Assembly: GCA_902780135.1 (NCBI GenBank)
Contig: CACZEK010000004.1
Coordinates: 7,146-71,145 of the forward strand
Length of the DNA: 64,000 nucleotides
Reading direction: 5' to 3'
DNA from: an uncultured bacterium
Lineage (GTDB): Bacteria > Verrucomicrobiota > Lentisphaeria > Victivallales > UBA1829
Made by a program: the position numbers and the translations under genes. How positions within the stretch are numbered: the stretch's first letter is position 1; every line of letters begins with the position of its first letter. Below are positions 33,264 to 43,071 of the stretch, one piece after another. The notes beneath the pieces were generated by a model. That model saw only the letters and a program-made list of their open reading frames with translations, searched no databases and was not told the origin of the DNA.

Positions 33264-36200
33264 ATGCCGGGCAAAATCAACACTCAGGACGGCAACTACG
33301 CGGCCGCGTACGTTGCTTATGCGTTGAGCGAAACCGCCGCGATCTACCCGATCACTCCTTCGTCCACCATGGGCGAATGGGTCGACCAGTGGGCCGCCGA
33401 AGACAAGAGAAACATCTGGGGCAAGCAGGTCTCGGTCGTCGAGATGCAGTCCGAAGCGGGCGCCGCGGGCGCCGTTCACGGCTGTCTTGCCGCCGGTTCT
33501 CTCACGACCACCTACACGGCTTCTCAGGGCCTGCTCCTGATGATCCCGAACATGTACAAGATCGCCGGCGAACTCCTCCCGACCGTTTTCCATGTCACGG
33601 CGCGTTCGCTCGCCTGCCAGTCCCTCGCGATCTTCGGCGACCATTCCGACGTGATGGCGTGCCGCAACACCGGTTTCGCCATGCTCGCGGCCGCCAGCGT
33701 CCAGGAAGAAATGGACCTCGCGCTCGTCGCCCACCTCTCCACCTACAAGGCGAAAGTGCCGTTCCTCCAGTTCTTCGACGGTTTCCGCACCTCCCACGAA
33801 GTGCACAAGTTCGAAGAGATCCCCTATGAGGATATCGCCAAGCTCGTCGAGCCCCAGTACATCGAAGAGTTCCGCGCCCGCGCCCTCCGTCCCGAAAAGC
33901 CCGTCTGCAAAGTCGGCGCCCAGAACGGCGACGTTTACTTCCAGGGCCGCGAAACGGTCAACAAGTTCTATGAAGCCTGCCCGGCGATCGTCCAGGAAAA
34001 GATGGACGCCGTCGCGAAGCTCACCGGCCGTTCCTACCACCTGTTCGACTACGTCGGCGCCGCCGACGCCACCGACGTGATCGTCTCCATGGGCTCCAGC
34101 TGCGAAGCCATCGAAGAGACCATCAATTACCTCAACGCCAAGCGCGGCACCAAGTACGGCCTCGTCAAGGTCCGCCTCTACCGTCCCTTCTTCACGGAAG
34201 CCTTCCTCGCGGCTCTCCCGAAGACCGTCAAGCGCATCGCCGTCCTCGACCGCACCAAAGAGCCGGGCGCCATCGGCGAACCGCTCTACATGGACGTCAA
34301 GATCGCCGTCAACAACCCCGCCATCACCGTGATCGGCGGCCGCTACGGCCTCTCCTCCAAGGACTTCACGCCCTCCATGATCCTCGCCGTCTTCAAGCAC
34401 CTCGAAAAGGGCGGCTTCCACGGCTTCACCGTCGGCATCGACGACGACGTGACCAACACCTCCCTCCCGATCGACGAGCACATCACGACCGAGCCGGAAG
34501 GCACCACCGCCTGCATGTTCTACGGCCTCGGCGGCGACGGCACCGTCGGCGCGAACAAGACCACCATCAAGGTCATCGGCCACCTCACGGACAAGGACGC
34601 CCAGGCGTACTTCGCCTACGACTCCAAGAAGTCCTTCGGCCTGACCTGCTCCCACCTCCGCTTCTCCGACAGCCCGATCAAGTCCACCTACCTGATCACC
34701 AGCCCGGACCTCGTGTCCTGCTCCACGGCCGCCTACATCGGCCGCTACGACCTGCTGAAGGGCCTGAAGAAGGGCGGCACCTTCCTGCTGAACAGCCACT
34801 ACTCCGACGACGAAGTCTTCGGCCACCTGACCCGCGACATGCAGGAATACATCATCAAGAACGAGATCAAGTTCTACAACGTGAACGCCGAAGCCATCAT
34901 CAAGAACATGCCCGGCCTCCGCGGCAAGGGCGCGAACACCGTCATGATGGTCGCCTACTTCAAAGTCTCCGGCATCGTCCCGTTCGACAAGGCCGCCGCC
35001 GAAATGAAGCTCCTCAACGCCAAGACCTTCGCCAAGAAGGGCCAGAACGTCATCGACATGAACAACTCCCTGGTTGACCTTGCCGCCGACGCCTGCCACG
35101 AGATCAAGGTCCCGGCCTCCCTCGACGGCGTCCCGCACGCCGAACACCTCAAGCTCATCCCGGACGACGCGGACGAGTTCACCAGGAAGATCATCGAGCC
35201 CAGCATGCGCAACAACGGCGATTCCATCCCCGTTTCCGCCATGTCCATCGACGGCACGCTCCCGACCGGCACCGCCTGCCTCGAAAAGCGCGGCTTCGCC
35301 CCGAAGGTCCCGCGCTGGGTCGCCGCGAACTGCATCCAGTGCGGCATCTGCGCGAACGCCTGCCCGCACGCCGCCATCCGCACGAAGCTCTTCCGTGACG
35401 AAGCCCTCGCTTCCGCTCCGGCATCCTTCACCACCAAGGCTCCGGTCCCGGCGGTCGAAGGCCTCAAGTTCAAAGTCCAGGTCTTCATCGAAGACTGCAT
35501 GGCTTGCGGCGTCTGCCTCGACCAGTGCCCGATGACGGCGAAGGAAGGCAAGCAGGCCCTCGTCTGGTCCACCCTCGAAGAAGAACGCGCCGCCGGCGAA
35601 AACGCCAACGAAGCCTTCTTCGAAGCCGCCGAAGACAACATCATGGGCAAGAACACCGTCGCCACCGTCAAGGGCGCCATGCTCCGCAAGCCGCTCTTCG
35701 AGTTCTCCGGCGCCTGCGCCGGCTGCGGCGAGACCCCGTACGTCAAGCTCGTCAGCCAGCTCTTCGGCGAAAACGCCATCGTCGCGAACGCCACCGGCTG
35801 CTCCTCCATCTACTCCGGCACCTTCCCGACCATCCCGTACACCAAGACCAAAGCGGGCCGCGGTCCGGCATGGGCGAACTCCCTGTTCGAAGACAACGCC
35901 GAGTTCGGTTTCGGCATGCGCATGGCGGTCGATTCCAACCGCGTCCTCCTGAAGCAGGAAGTCGAAAAGGTCCTCGCCTGCGAAGGCGCTCCGGCGGACC
36001 TGAAGGACGCCCTGACCAAGGCGATGAGCTTCTGGGATAACTCCAAGACCGACGAAGCCATCGCCGCCCAGAAGGCCGCGAAGGCCGCCGTCGAAAAAGC
36101 CCTCGAAGGCTGCAACTGCGAATCCGGCAAGCCCACGCTCGCCAAGATCCTCGAGCTCTCCGACTACTTCTGCGACAAGTCCGTGTGGATCATCGGCGGC

Positions 36201-36818
36201 GACGGCTGGGCCAACGACATCGGCTACGGCGGCATCGACCACGTCGTCGCCATGGGCAAGAACGTGAACATCCTCGTCCTCGACACCGAAGTCTACTCCA
36301 ACACCGGCGGACAGTCCTCCAAGTCCACCCCGACCGCCGCGGTCGCCAAGTTCGCCGCCGGCGGCAAGAAGACCTACAAGAAGAACATGGGCTTCATGTG
36401 CATGAGCTACGGCTACGTGTACGTCGCCAGCGTCGCCCTCGGCGCCGACCGTGCCCAGACCCTCAAGGCCTTCCAGGAGGCCGAGGCGTGGAACGGCCCG
36501 TCCATCATCTTCGCCTACGCTCCCTGCATCGCGCACAACATCGACATGAGCAAGACGCAGACCGAGCAGAAGCGCGCCGTGGATTGCGGCTACTTCCCGC
36601 TGTACCGCTACAACCCCGCGAACGCCGATGCGCCGTTCACGTGGGATGTCAAGAAGCCGTCCGACGGCAAGTTCCAGGAATTCATCCGCAGCGAAGGCCG
36701 CTACAAAGCCCTGCTGAAGACCAACCCGGCGCACGCCGAGGAGCTCTTCGCCCAGGCCGAAAGCGACGCCGCCAAGCGCATGGAATTCTACCAGAACGTC
36801 GGCAAGCTCATGAAGTAA
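33264..36818 (+). CDS. nifJ: Pyruvate:ferredoxin (flavodoxin) oxidoreductase, single-polypeptide type
   Basis: 1184 aa. DGNYAAAYVAYALSETAAIYPITPSS. Two 4Fe-4S ferredoxin motifs (CIQCGICANACP, CMACGVCLDQCP). TPP-binding GGDGWANDIGYGG. Confidence 0.96.
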   Translation: MPGKINTQDGNYAAAYVAYALSETAAIYPITPSSTMGEWVDQWAAEDKRNIWGKQVSVVEMQSEAGAAGAVHGCLAAGSLTTTYTASQGLLLMIPNMYKIAGELLPTVFHVTARSLACQSLAIFGDHSDVMACRNTGFAMLAAASVQEEMDLALVAHLSTYKAKVPFLQFFDGFRTSHEVHKFEEIPYEDIAKLVEPQYIEEFRARALRPEKPVCKVGAQNGDVYFQGRETVNKFYEACPAIVQEKMDAVAKLTGRSYHLFDYVGAADATDVIVSMGSSCEAIEETINYLNAKRGTKYGLVKVRLYRPFFTEAFLAALPKTVKRIAVLDRTKEPGAIGEPLYMDVKIAVNNPAITVIGGRYGLSSKDFTPSMILAVFKHLEKGGFHGFTVGIDDDVTNTSLPIDEHITTEPEGTTACMFYGLGGDGTVGANKTTIKVIGHLTDKDAQAYFAYDSKKSFGLTCSHLRFSDSPIKSTYLITSPDLVSCSTAAYIGRYDLLKGLKKGGTFLLNSHYSDDEVFGHLTRDMQEYIIKNEIKFYNVNAEAIIKNMPGLRGKGANTVMMVAYFKVSGIVPFDKAAAEMKLLNAKTFAKKGQNVIDMNNSLVDLAADACHEIKVPASLDGVPHAEHLKLIPDDADEFTRKIIEPSMRNNGDSIPVSAMSIDGTLPTGTACLEKRGFAPKVPRWVAANCIQCGICANACPHAAIRTKLFRDEALASAPASFTTKAPVPAVEGLKFKVQVFIEDCMACGVCLDQCPMTAKEGKQALVWSTLEEERAAGENANEAFFEAAEDNIMGKNTVATVKGAMLRKPLFEFSGACAGCGETPYVKLVSQLFGENAIVANATGCSSIYSGTFPTIPYTKTKAGRGPAWANSLFEDNAEFGFGMRMAVDSNRVLLKQEVEKVLACEGAPADLKDALTKAMSFWDNSKTDEAIAAQKAAKAAVEKALEGCNCESGKPTLAKILELSDYFCDKSVWIIGGDGWANDIGYGGIDHVVAMGKNVNILVLDTEVYSNTGGQSSKSTPTAAVAKFAAGGKKTYKKNMGFMCMSYGYVYVASVALGADRAQTLKAFQEAEAWNGPSIIFAYAPCIAHNIDMSKTQTEQKRAVDCGYFPLYRYNPANADAPFTWDVKKPSDGKFQEFIRSEGRYKALLKTNPAHAEELFAQAESDAAKRMEFYQNVGKLMK

Positions 36819-36859
36819 GCCTCCGTTCCCGATCGGAACACGCGTTTCACGCGACATCC

Positions 36860-36897
36860 GGCCCGTCCGACCTTTCCCGGTTCGGACGGGCCTTTTG
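36860..36897 (+). terminator. PFOR intrinsic terminator
   Basis: GGCCCGTCCGA..TTCGGACGGGCC followed by TTTT. Confidence 0.7.
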
Positions 36898-36971
36898 CGT
36901 CTGTTCCTGTCGTTTTTCCCGTTTTCGGTTGTTTCATGCCGGAGTTTTTCAAAAAAAACGGTTTTCGCCTC

Positions 36972-37000
36972 TTTAAATTATAAAAGAGCGGTGCTATATT
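36972..37000 (+). promoter_or_regulatory. Candidate promoter of membrane protein-ileS unit
   Basis: TTTAAA-N17-TATATT. The -10 is part of the 10-bp palindrome ATATTAATAT. Confidence 0.4.
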
Positions 37001-37050
37001 AATATCTTGCAATAATTGGTCACACTATACTAACTGTAAGGGAACAAAAA

Positions 37051-37626
37051 ATGAGCGGAATCCTTGAATTCGTCAAAGAACTGTTTTCGCAGTTCGCCTC
37101 CGGTTCGGGCAGTTTCATCGATATTGCGAACGCGCAGCGCGGCTGGGGCTTCGGACTGTTCTTCCTCATCCTTGTCTGGCTGCTGTCCGGATTCGCGTCC
37201 TACGAATTCGCCAATTCGACCGGGATGAACGGCAGGAAGCATTTCTGGATCGGCCTGGTCCTGCCGGTCGTCTATCCGCTCTTCCTGCTCGTCCGCAAGC
37301 TCGTGATCTGCGCCAGGGCGGTTTCCGCTGCGAAGCGCGAATCCGAACGCATCGCTGCCGACCGCGACCGGATCGAGGCGGAACGCCGCCGCATCGACTC
37401 CACGCCGAACAAGGACAATTTCGCGAAGCTCAAAGGCTCATCCGATGCCTCCAGCATCAAGGCGCAGTTCCGCCTGGAGCTCGCCGACGGCTCCGCGCTC
37501 ATGGTCGCGAAGATCCTCGAGGTGCAGGACACGCTGTCCGTGCTCGAGCTCGAATCCAACGAGGGCGAGACGCCGCGCGTGCTCCGCATGCCGTACGCGA
37601 AGATGGCGCGCATCGAACGCCTCTGA
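37051..37626 (+). CDS. Hypothetical membrane protein (2 TM) with charged linker and small C-terminal beta-rich domain
   Basis: Hydrophobic segments WGFGLFFLILVWLLSGFA and FWIGLVLPVVYPLFLLV. No family recognised. Confidence 0.65.
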   Translation: MSGILEFVKELFSQFASGSGSFIDIANAQRGWGFGLFFLILVWLLSGFASYEFANSTGMNGRKHFWIGLVLPVVYPLFLLVRKLVICARAVSAAKRESERIAADRDRIEAERRRIDSTPNKDNFAKLKGSSDASSIKAQFRLELADGSALMVAKILEVQDTLSVLELESNEGETPRVLRMPYAKMARIERL

Positions 37627-37683
37627 TCTCCCTCATTTTCCCTGATTTTTACATTCACTTTCCCATACACGAGGTTTTGAATC

Positions 37684-40600
37684 ATGTTCAAAGCAGTTTC
37701 GGGGACCTCCGAGTTCCCCTCCATCGAAGAAGCCAATCTTGCATTCTGGGAACAGAACGGCACGTTTGAAAAGTCGCTTCAGAACCGGAAAGGCAATCCC
37801 GAATTCCTGTTCTACGACGGACCTCCGTTCGCCACCGGCCTGCCGCACTACGGCCACATCCTCGCCGGCACGATCAAGGACGTGATCCCGCGCTACCAGA
37901 CCATGCGCGGCAAATACTGCGAACGCACGTTCGGCTGGGACTGCCACGGCCTGCCGGTCGAGTACGAGATGGAGAAGCAGCTGAAACTCTCCGGCAAGAA
38001 GGAGATCGAGGACTACGGCATCGGCAAGTTCAACGAGGCCTGCCGCGGCATCGTGCTGCGCTACACCGGCGAATGGGAGTCGATCGTGAAGCGCATGGGC
38101 CGCTGGGTCGACTTCCGCAACGGCTACCGCACGATGGACATGAAGTACATGGAGTCTATCTGGTGGGTGTTCCGCCAGCTGTGGGACAAGGGCCTGATCT
38201 ACGAAGGCTACAAGATCCTGCCGTACTGCGCCCGCTGCTCCACCCCGCTCTCCAACTTCGAGGCGAACCAGGGCTACAAGGAAGTCACCGACCCCGCCAT
38301 CACCATCCGGTTCCGCCTGAAGGACGAGCCGGAGACGAGCGTGCTGGCGTGGACGACCACGCCGTGGACGCTGCCGTCGAACATGGCGCTCGCCATGGGC
38401 CCGGACATCGACTATGTGAAGGTGAAGGACGGAGACGACACGTTCATCCTCGCCGAATCCCGTCTGCACGCCTACTACAAGGCGGACGCCATGCCGGAGA
38501 TCGTCGCGCGCTTCAAAGGCACGGACATGGCGGGCCGCCGCTACATCCCGCTCTTCGACTATTTCGCGGACAAGGAAGCCGAGGGCGCGTTCCGCATCAT
38601 CAACGCCGACTACGTGAGCACCGAGGACGGCACGGGCATCGTGCACATCGCCCCGGGCTTCGGCGAAGACGACGCGGTCGCGGGCGCGGCGAACGGGGTC
38701 CCCGGCGTCTGCCCGCTCGACGCGGAATGCAAGTTCACGAACGAGGTCCCGGATTACGCCGGACGCTACGTGAAGGACGTCGACGCCGAGATCATCGCGC
38801 GCCTGAAATCCGAAGGCAAGCTCGTGCATCGCGGCACCATCAAGCACAGCTATCCCCACTGCTGGCGCGACGACTCCCCGCTCATTTACAAGGCGGTCTC
38901 CACCTGGTTCGTGAAGATCGACCCGATCAAGGAAAAAATGCTCCGCGCGAACTCGCAGATGACCTGGGTCCCCGCCCACATCAAGGAAGGCCGTTTCGGC
39001 AAGTGGCTCGAAAACGCCCGCGACTGGGCGATCAGCCGCAACCGCTACTGGGGCTGCCCGCTGCCGATCTGGCGCAACACGGAGACCGGCGAGACCGTCT
39101 GCGTCGGGTCCGTCGCCGAACTCGAAAAGCTCACGGGGAAGAAGGTCACGGACATCCATAAGCATTTCGTGGACGAGATGACGATCACGACCGAAAAGGG
39201 CACCGTGCTCCGCCGCGTGCCGGAAGTGCTCGACTGCTGGTTCGAAAGCGGCTCCATGCCGTACGCCCAGAAACACTATCCCTTCGAGGACAAGGAGCAC
39301 TTCGAGGAAGGCTTCCCCGCCGACTTCATCGCCGAGGGGCAGGACCAGACCCGCGGCTGGTTCTACACGCTCACGGTCCTCGCCAGCGCGCTCTTCGACA
39401 AGCCGCCCGCGATGCACGTGGTCGTGAACGGCATGGTCCTCGCGGAAGACGGGCAGAAGATGTCCAAGCGTCTCCGCAACTACCCCGACCCGATGCAGAT
39501 CGTGAACACCTACGGCGCCGACGCGCTCCGCCTGGTCCTGCTCGGTTCGCAGGTGGTCCGCGCCGAGGACCTGAAGTTCTCCGAGGCCGCCGTGAAGGAG
39601 GCCATGCGCAGCGTGATCCTGCCGATCTGGAACTCCTTCTCGTTCTTCACGACCTACGCGAACGTCGACAACTGGAAGCCCGCGCCCGGTCCGCTCGCCG
39701 CGCCGGAGAATCCTGCGAATCCGCTCGACCGCTGGATCCTCTCCAGCCTCGCCGACATGGTGCAGGAGATCCGCACGAACATGGACCAGTACCAGCTCCA
39801 GCCCGCCGCGAACCGCTTCGAGGCGTTCGTGGAGGACCTGACGAACTGGTACATCCGCCTCAGCCGCCGCCGTTTCTGGAAGAGCCAGGACGACCGGGAC
39901 AAGGCGGAGGCGTACGCCACGCTTTACTATGTGCTGGTGACCTTCGCGAAGGCCGCCGCGCCGTTCATCCCGTTCATCACCGAGGAGATTTACCGTTCGC
40001 TCCGCACCGAAGACATGCCCGAATCCGTCCACCTCTGCGACTTCCCCGAGCCGGAACTCTTCCGCCGCGACGAGAAGCTGGAGCGCCAGAACGCCCTCGC
40101 GCAGAAGGCCGTCTCGCTCGGCCGCTTCCTCCGCACGCAGCGTTCGCTGAAGGTGCGCCAGCCGCTGGCGCGCGCCGTGCTGGTGTCCATCGACCCCGAG
40201 GTGCGCGAGCTGCTCGCCCTGAGCGAGAGCGTGATTGCGGACGAACTGAACGTGAAGAAGGTCGAGATCTTCGGCGACGAGGAATCGCTGGTGCATCTCT
40301 CCGCGAAGGCGAACTTCAAGAGCCTCGGCTCCCGCCTCGGCCCGAAGATGAAGGCGTTTGCCGCCGAGATCGCAAAGCTGCCCTCGCACGTGATCTCCTC
40401 CATCATGGCGGGCTCTCCGTACGAACTGAAGCTGGAGGACGGCGCGACCTGCCTGCTCGGCGCCGCCGACATCGTGGTCAACCGCACCGAACGCCCCGGA
40501 TTCTGCGTGGCGGCGGACGCGTCGCTCACGATCGCGCTTGACACCGAGCTGAACGACGAACTTCTCGCCGAGGGCTACGCCCGCGAGCTCGTGAGCCGCA

Positions 40601-40818
40601 TCCAGAACCTCCGCAAGGAGATGGGCCTGCAGGTCTCCGACCGCATCAATGTGCGCGTGACCGCCGCTCAGGACCTGCTCGACGCCCTGGCGTCCGGCCG
40701 CGACCGCATCTGCGCGGAAACCCTCGCCTCGAACCTTGAATTCATCCCCGCCGGCAGCGAAGCCCTCGACGGCGACCTGAACGGCAAACCCTGCGGAGTC
40801 GAAGTCGGCAAAGCCTGA
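37684..40818 (+). CDS. ileS: Isoleucyl-tRNA synthetase (long, type-2-like)
   Basis: PPFATGLPHYGHIL (HIGH), KMSKRLRNYPDP (KMSKS), CP1 editing-domain region. 1044 aa. Confidence 0.96.
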   Translation: MFKAVSGTSEFPSIEEANLAFWEQNGTFEKSLQNRKGNPEFLFYDGPPFATGLPHYGHILAGTIKDVIPRYQTMRGKYCERTFGWDCHGLPVEYEMEKQLKLSGKKEIEDYGIGKFNEACRGIVLRYTGEWESIVKRMGRWVDFRNGYRTMDMKYMESIWWVFRQLWDKGLIYEGYKILPYCARCSTPLSNFEANQGYKEVTDPAITIRFRLKDEPETSVLAWTTTPWTLPSNMALAMGPDIDYVKVKDGDDTFILAESRLHAYYKADAMPEIVARFKGTDMAGRRYIPLFDYFADKEAEGAFRIINADYVSTEDGTGIVHIAPGFGEDDAVAGAANGVPGVCPLDAECKFTNEVPDYAGRYVKDVDAEIIARLKSEGKLVHRGTIKHSYPHCWRDDSPLIYKAVSTWFVKIDPIKEKMLRANSQMTWVPAHIKEGRFGKWLENARDWAISRNRYWGCPLPIWRNTETGETVCVGSVAELEKLTGKKVTDIHKHFVDEMTITTEKGTVLRRVPEVLDCWFESGSMPYAQKHYPFEDKEHFEEGFPADFIAEGQDQTRGWFYTLTVLASALFDKPPAMHVVVNGMVLAEDGQKMSKRLRNYPDPMQIVNTYGADALRLVLLGSQVVRAEDLKFSEAAVKEAMRSVILPIWNSFSFFTTYANVDNWKPAPGPLAAPENPANPLDRWILSSLADMVQEIRTNMDQYQLQPAANRFEAFVEDLTNWYIRLSRRRFWKSQDDRDKAEAYATLYYVLVTFAKAAAPFIPFITEEIYRSLRTEDMPESVHLCDFPEPELFRRDEKLERQNALAQKAVSLGRFLRTQRSLKVRQPLARAVLVSIDPEVRELLALSESVIADELNVKKVEIFGDEESLVHLSAKANFKSLGSRLGPKMKAFAAEIAKLPSHVISSIMAGSPYELKLEDGATCLLGAADIVVNRTERPGFCVAADASLTIALDTELNDELLAEGYARELVSRIQNLRKEMGLQVSDRINVRVTAAQDLLDALASGRDRICAETLASNLEFIPAGSEALDGDLNGKPCGVEVGKA

Positions 40819-40848
40819 CGTCGGATCCCGTTTGCGGAGGTATCGGCC

Positions 40849-41967
40849 ATGAAATGCGAACAATGCGGATTTCAAGTGGACACCCTGCCGGAAGGCGGGG
40901 GGGAATACCTCTGCCCGAACTGCGGCTGGGTCATGCGGAAAGGCGCGCCGGAATCCGAAGAAGCCGAACCGGCCTCCGCCGATTCGACCGGGACCGCCAC
41001 GCACCTGAAGATCGCCAAGACCGTGAACGTCGGCTTCGGCGACTTCGCATCCGTGCTCGCCGCCACGAACGCCAGCAAGATCGTCCCGGCGGACGCGCGG
41101 CGCGACGACGCCGACCGCACTCGGACGGTTTCCTCTTCGACGCTGAACGTGGAGGAGCCGGACGACGATGACGCGCTGTCCCCGCTCGACATTTACGACG
41201 AGGACGACGAATACGCCCGGATCCAGGCGGAGATCGCAAGCCGCAAGGCTTCGCTGGACGCCCGTGCCGCCGAGCTGGACGCCCGCGAAAAGTATCTGAA
41301 CAAAAAGCTCGACGAGATCATCGCCGAAAAGGAGTTCCTGCGGTCCGGGCTTGAAAAGACGGACGCGGAACGCGCCTCGTATCTGAAGCAGAAGAGCATC
41401 ATGGATGTGCAGAGGGGCGATTTCGAAAAGGAAATGGCGGCCCGCAAGGCTTCGCTGGACGCCCGCGCCGCGGAGATCGACCGGAAGAGCGAGGCCCTCG
41501 CCAAGACGCGCGCCGCGCTGGAGGAGCTCAAACGCGAGCTTGACTCCTCTCTGAACGGCGAACAGAACGGCGTCGGCATGGACCACACCACGTCGTCCGT
41601 CTCCATCCCGTACAGCGCGAAGCTGCTCCGCCAGAACAACCGGCTGGAACGCACCGTGCGCATCCGGACGCGCATCCTGATCTGCCTCGCCGCGCTCGCC
41701 GCGGTCCTGGCCGTGCTCCTGTTTGTGAAGGAGTCCGAGCTGAGGCGCGCCCGCACTGCGCCGGAACCCGTGCCGGAATCCGCCGCCCCCGCGGCGTCCG
41801 TCGGCATCATTGGCGGAGCGGACGGCCCGACCGCCGTTTTCCTGTCCTCCGAGCTTCTCAAGAAATCCGGCCAGTCCGCGGAGTCCGCCTCCGCGCCGGA
41901 ACTGGACGCTCCGAACCCCGAAACCCTTTCCGCGCCGGAGTCCGCGACTTCCGGCGGCGGCTTATGA
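40849..41967 (+). CDS. Hypothetical Zn-ribbon / coiled-coil / single-TM protein
   Basis: MKCEQCGF..CPNCGW. Duplicated segment RKASLDARAAE(L/I)D, with DNA copies 201 bp apart at 41242 and 41443. TM ILICLAALAAVLAVLLFV. Low-complexity tail. Confidence 0.7.
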   Translation: MKCEQCGFQVDTLPEGGGEYLCPNCGWVMRKGAPESEEAEPASADSTGTATHLKIAKTVNVGFGDFASVLAATNASKIVPADARRDDADRTRTVSSSTLNVEEPDDDDALSPLDIYDEDDEYARIQAEIASRKASLDARAAELDAREKYLNKKLDEIIAEKEFLRSGLEKTDAERASYLKQKSIMDVQRGDFEKEMAARKASLDARAAEIDRKSEALAKTRAALEELKRELDSSLNGEQNGVGMDHTTSSVSIPYSAKLLRQNNRLERTVRIRTRILICLAALAAVLAVLLFVKESELRRARTAPEPVPESAAPAASVGIIGGADGPTAVFLSSELLKKSGQSAESASAPELDAPNPETLSAPESATSGGGL

Positions 41968-42008
41968 CCATATCGTGCTGAACAGCACAGAAAGAAAGAC
42001 AACGAACC

Positions 42009-42977
42009 ATGAAACGAGTTTTGACCGGGATCCAGCCGTCAGGCGTCCTCCATATCGGGAATTATTTCGGGGCGATCCGCTCGACCGTGCGCCTTCAGGA
42101 AGAATGCGACGACGCGGTCGTCTTCATCGCCGACCTGCATTCGCTGACCGTCCAGCCGAAGCCGGAGGAACTGCGCGAACGCGTCCGCGGCGTGGCGGTC
42201 GATTTCCTCGCCTGCGGGCTTGACCCGGAGAAGGTCATCTTCTTCCGGCAGTCGGACGTGAACGTGGTGTGCGAGCTGATGTGGATCCTGAACTGCCAGA
42301 CGGGCGTCGGCCTGCTCGAGCGCGCCCACAGCTACAAGGACAAGATCGCGAAGGGGTTCTCCCCCAACAACGGCCTCTTCTCCTACCCCGTGCTCATGGC
42401 AGCCGACATCCTGCTTTACCACGCGAACCTCGTCCCGGTCGGCAAGGACCAGAAGCAGCACCTCGAAATGACGCGCGACATCGCCATCCGGTTCAACCAG
42501 CAGTACGGCGACGTCCTGACCATCCCGGAGCCGTACATCAGCGGCGAGGTGGCGGTGGTGCCCGGCACGGACGGGCAGAAGATGTCCAAGAGCTACAACA
42601 ACACCATCGAGATCTTCGGCGAACCGAAGGCGGTCAAGAAGAAGATCATGAGCATCCAGACCGATTCCAAGGGGCTGGAGGAGCCGAAGGACCCGGACAC
42701 CTGCACGATCTTCGCGCTGTACAAGCTTTTCGCCACGCCCGAACAGCAGGCGGAAATGGCGGCGCGCTACCGCGCCGGAAACTACGGCTACGGACACGCC
42801 AAGCTCGCGCTGTTCGACGCGTACATGGATTTCTTCGCGCCGATGCGCAAGCGCCGCGAGGAGCTGCTCGCCGATCCGGGCTACGTCGACGCCGTCCTGA
42901 AGCGCGGCGCCGAACGCGCCGCCGAACTTGCCAATGCAACGATGAACGAGATCAGGAAGGCGGTCGGTCTCCGCTGA
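42009..42977 (+). CDS. trpS: Tryptophanyl-tRNA synthetase
   Basis: TGIQPSGVLHIGNYFG (HIGH-like), GQKMSKS (KMSKS). 322 aa. Confidence 0.96.
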   Translation: MKRVLTGIQPSGVLHIGNYFGAIRSTVRLQEECDDAVVFIADLHSLTVQPKPEELRERVRGVAVDFLACGLDPEKVIFFRQSDVNVVCELMWILNCQTGVGLLERAHSYKDKIAKGFSPNNGLFSYPVLMAADILLYHANLVPVGKDQKQHLEMTRDIAIRFNQQYGDVLTIPEPYISGEVAVVPGTDGQKMSKSYNNTIEIFGEPKAVKKKIMSIQTDSKGLEEPKDPDTCTIFALYKLFATPEQQAEMAARYRAGNYGYGHAKLALFDAYMDFFAPMRKRREELLADPGYVDAVLKRGAERAAELANATMNEIRKAVGLR

Positions 42978-43071
42978 CGCGCCGGAAAGGACCGAACGAA
43001 AGGGAACAAAACGCGGACACCGCTGTCAATGGATTGTTCAGCCGGACCGCTTCAATATAAGGAGAGCAACG

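Noticed and set aside
37051-37626. PilZ-like c-di-GMP binding motif in the C-terminal part of the membrane protein (ERRRID ... ELADGSALM).
   Set aside because: Neither RxxxR nor D/NxSxxG is actually satisfied, since Met occupies the Gly position. The spacing is also unconvincing.
37627-43071. T-box or leader-peptide attenuators upstream of ileS, trpS, argS and thrS.
   Set aside because: The upstream gaps are only about 30-60 nt, or about 50 nt from promoter to ATG for thrS. That is too short for T-box leaders, and no specifier or T-box sequence was seen.
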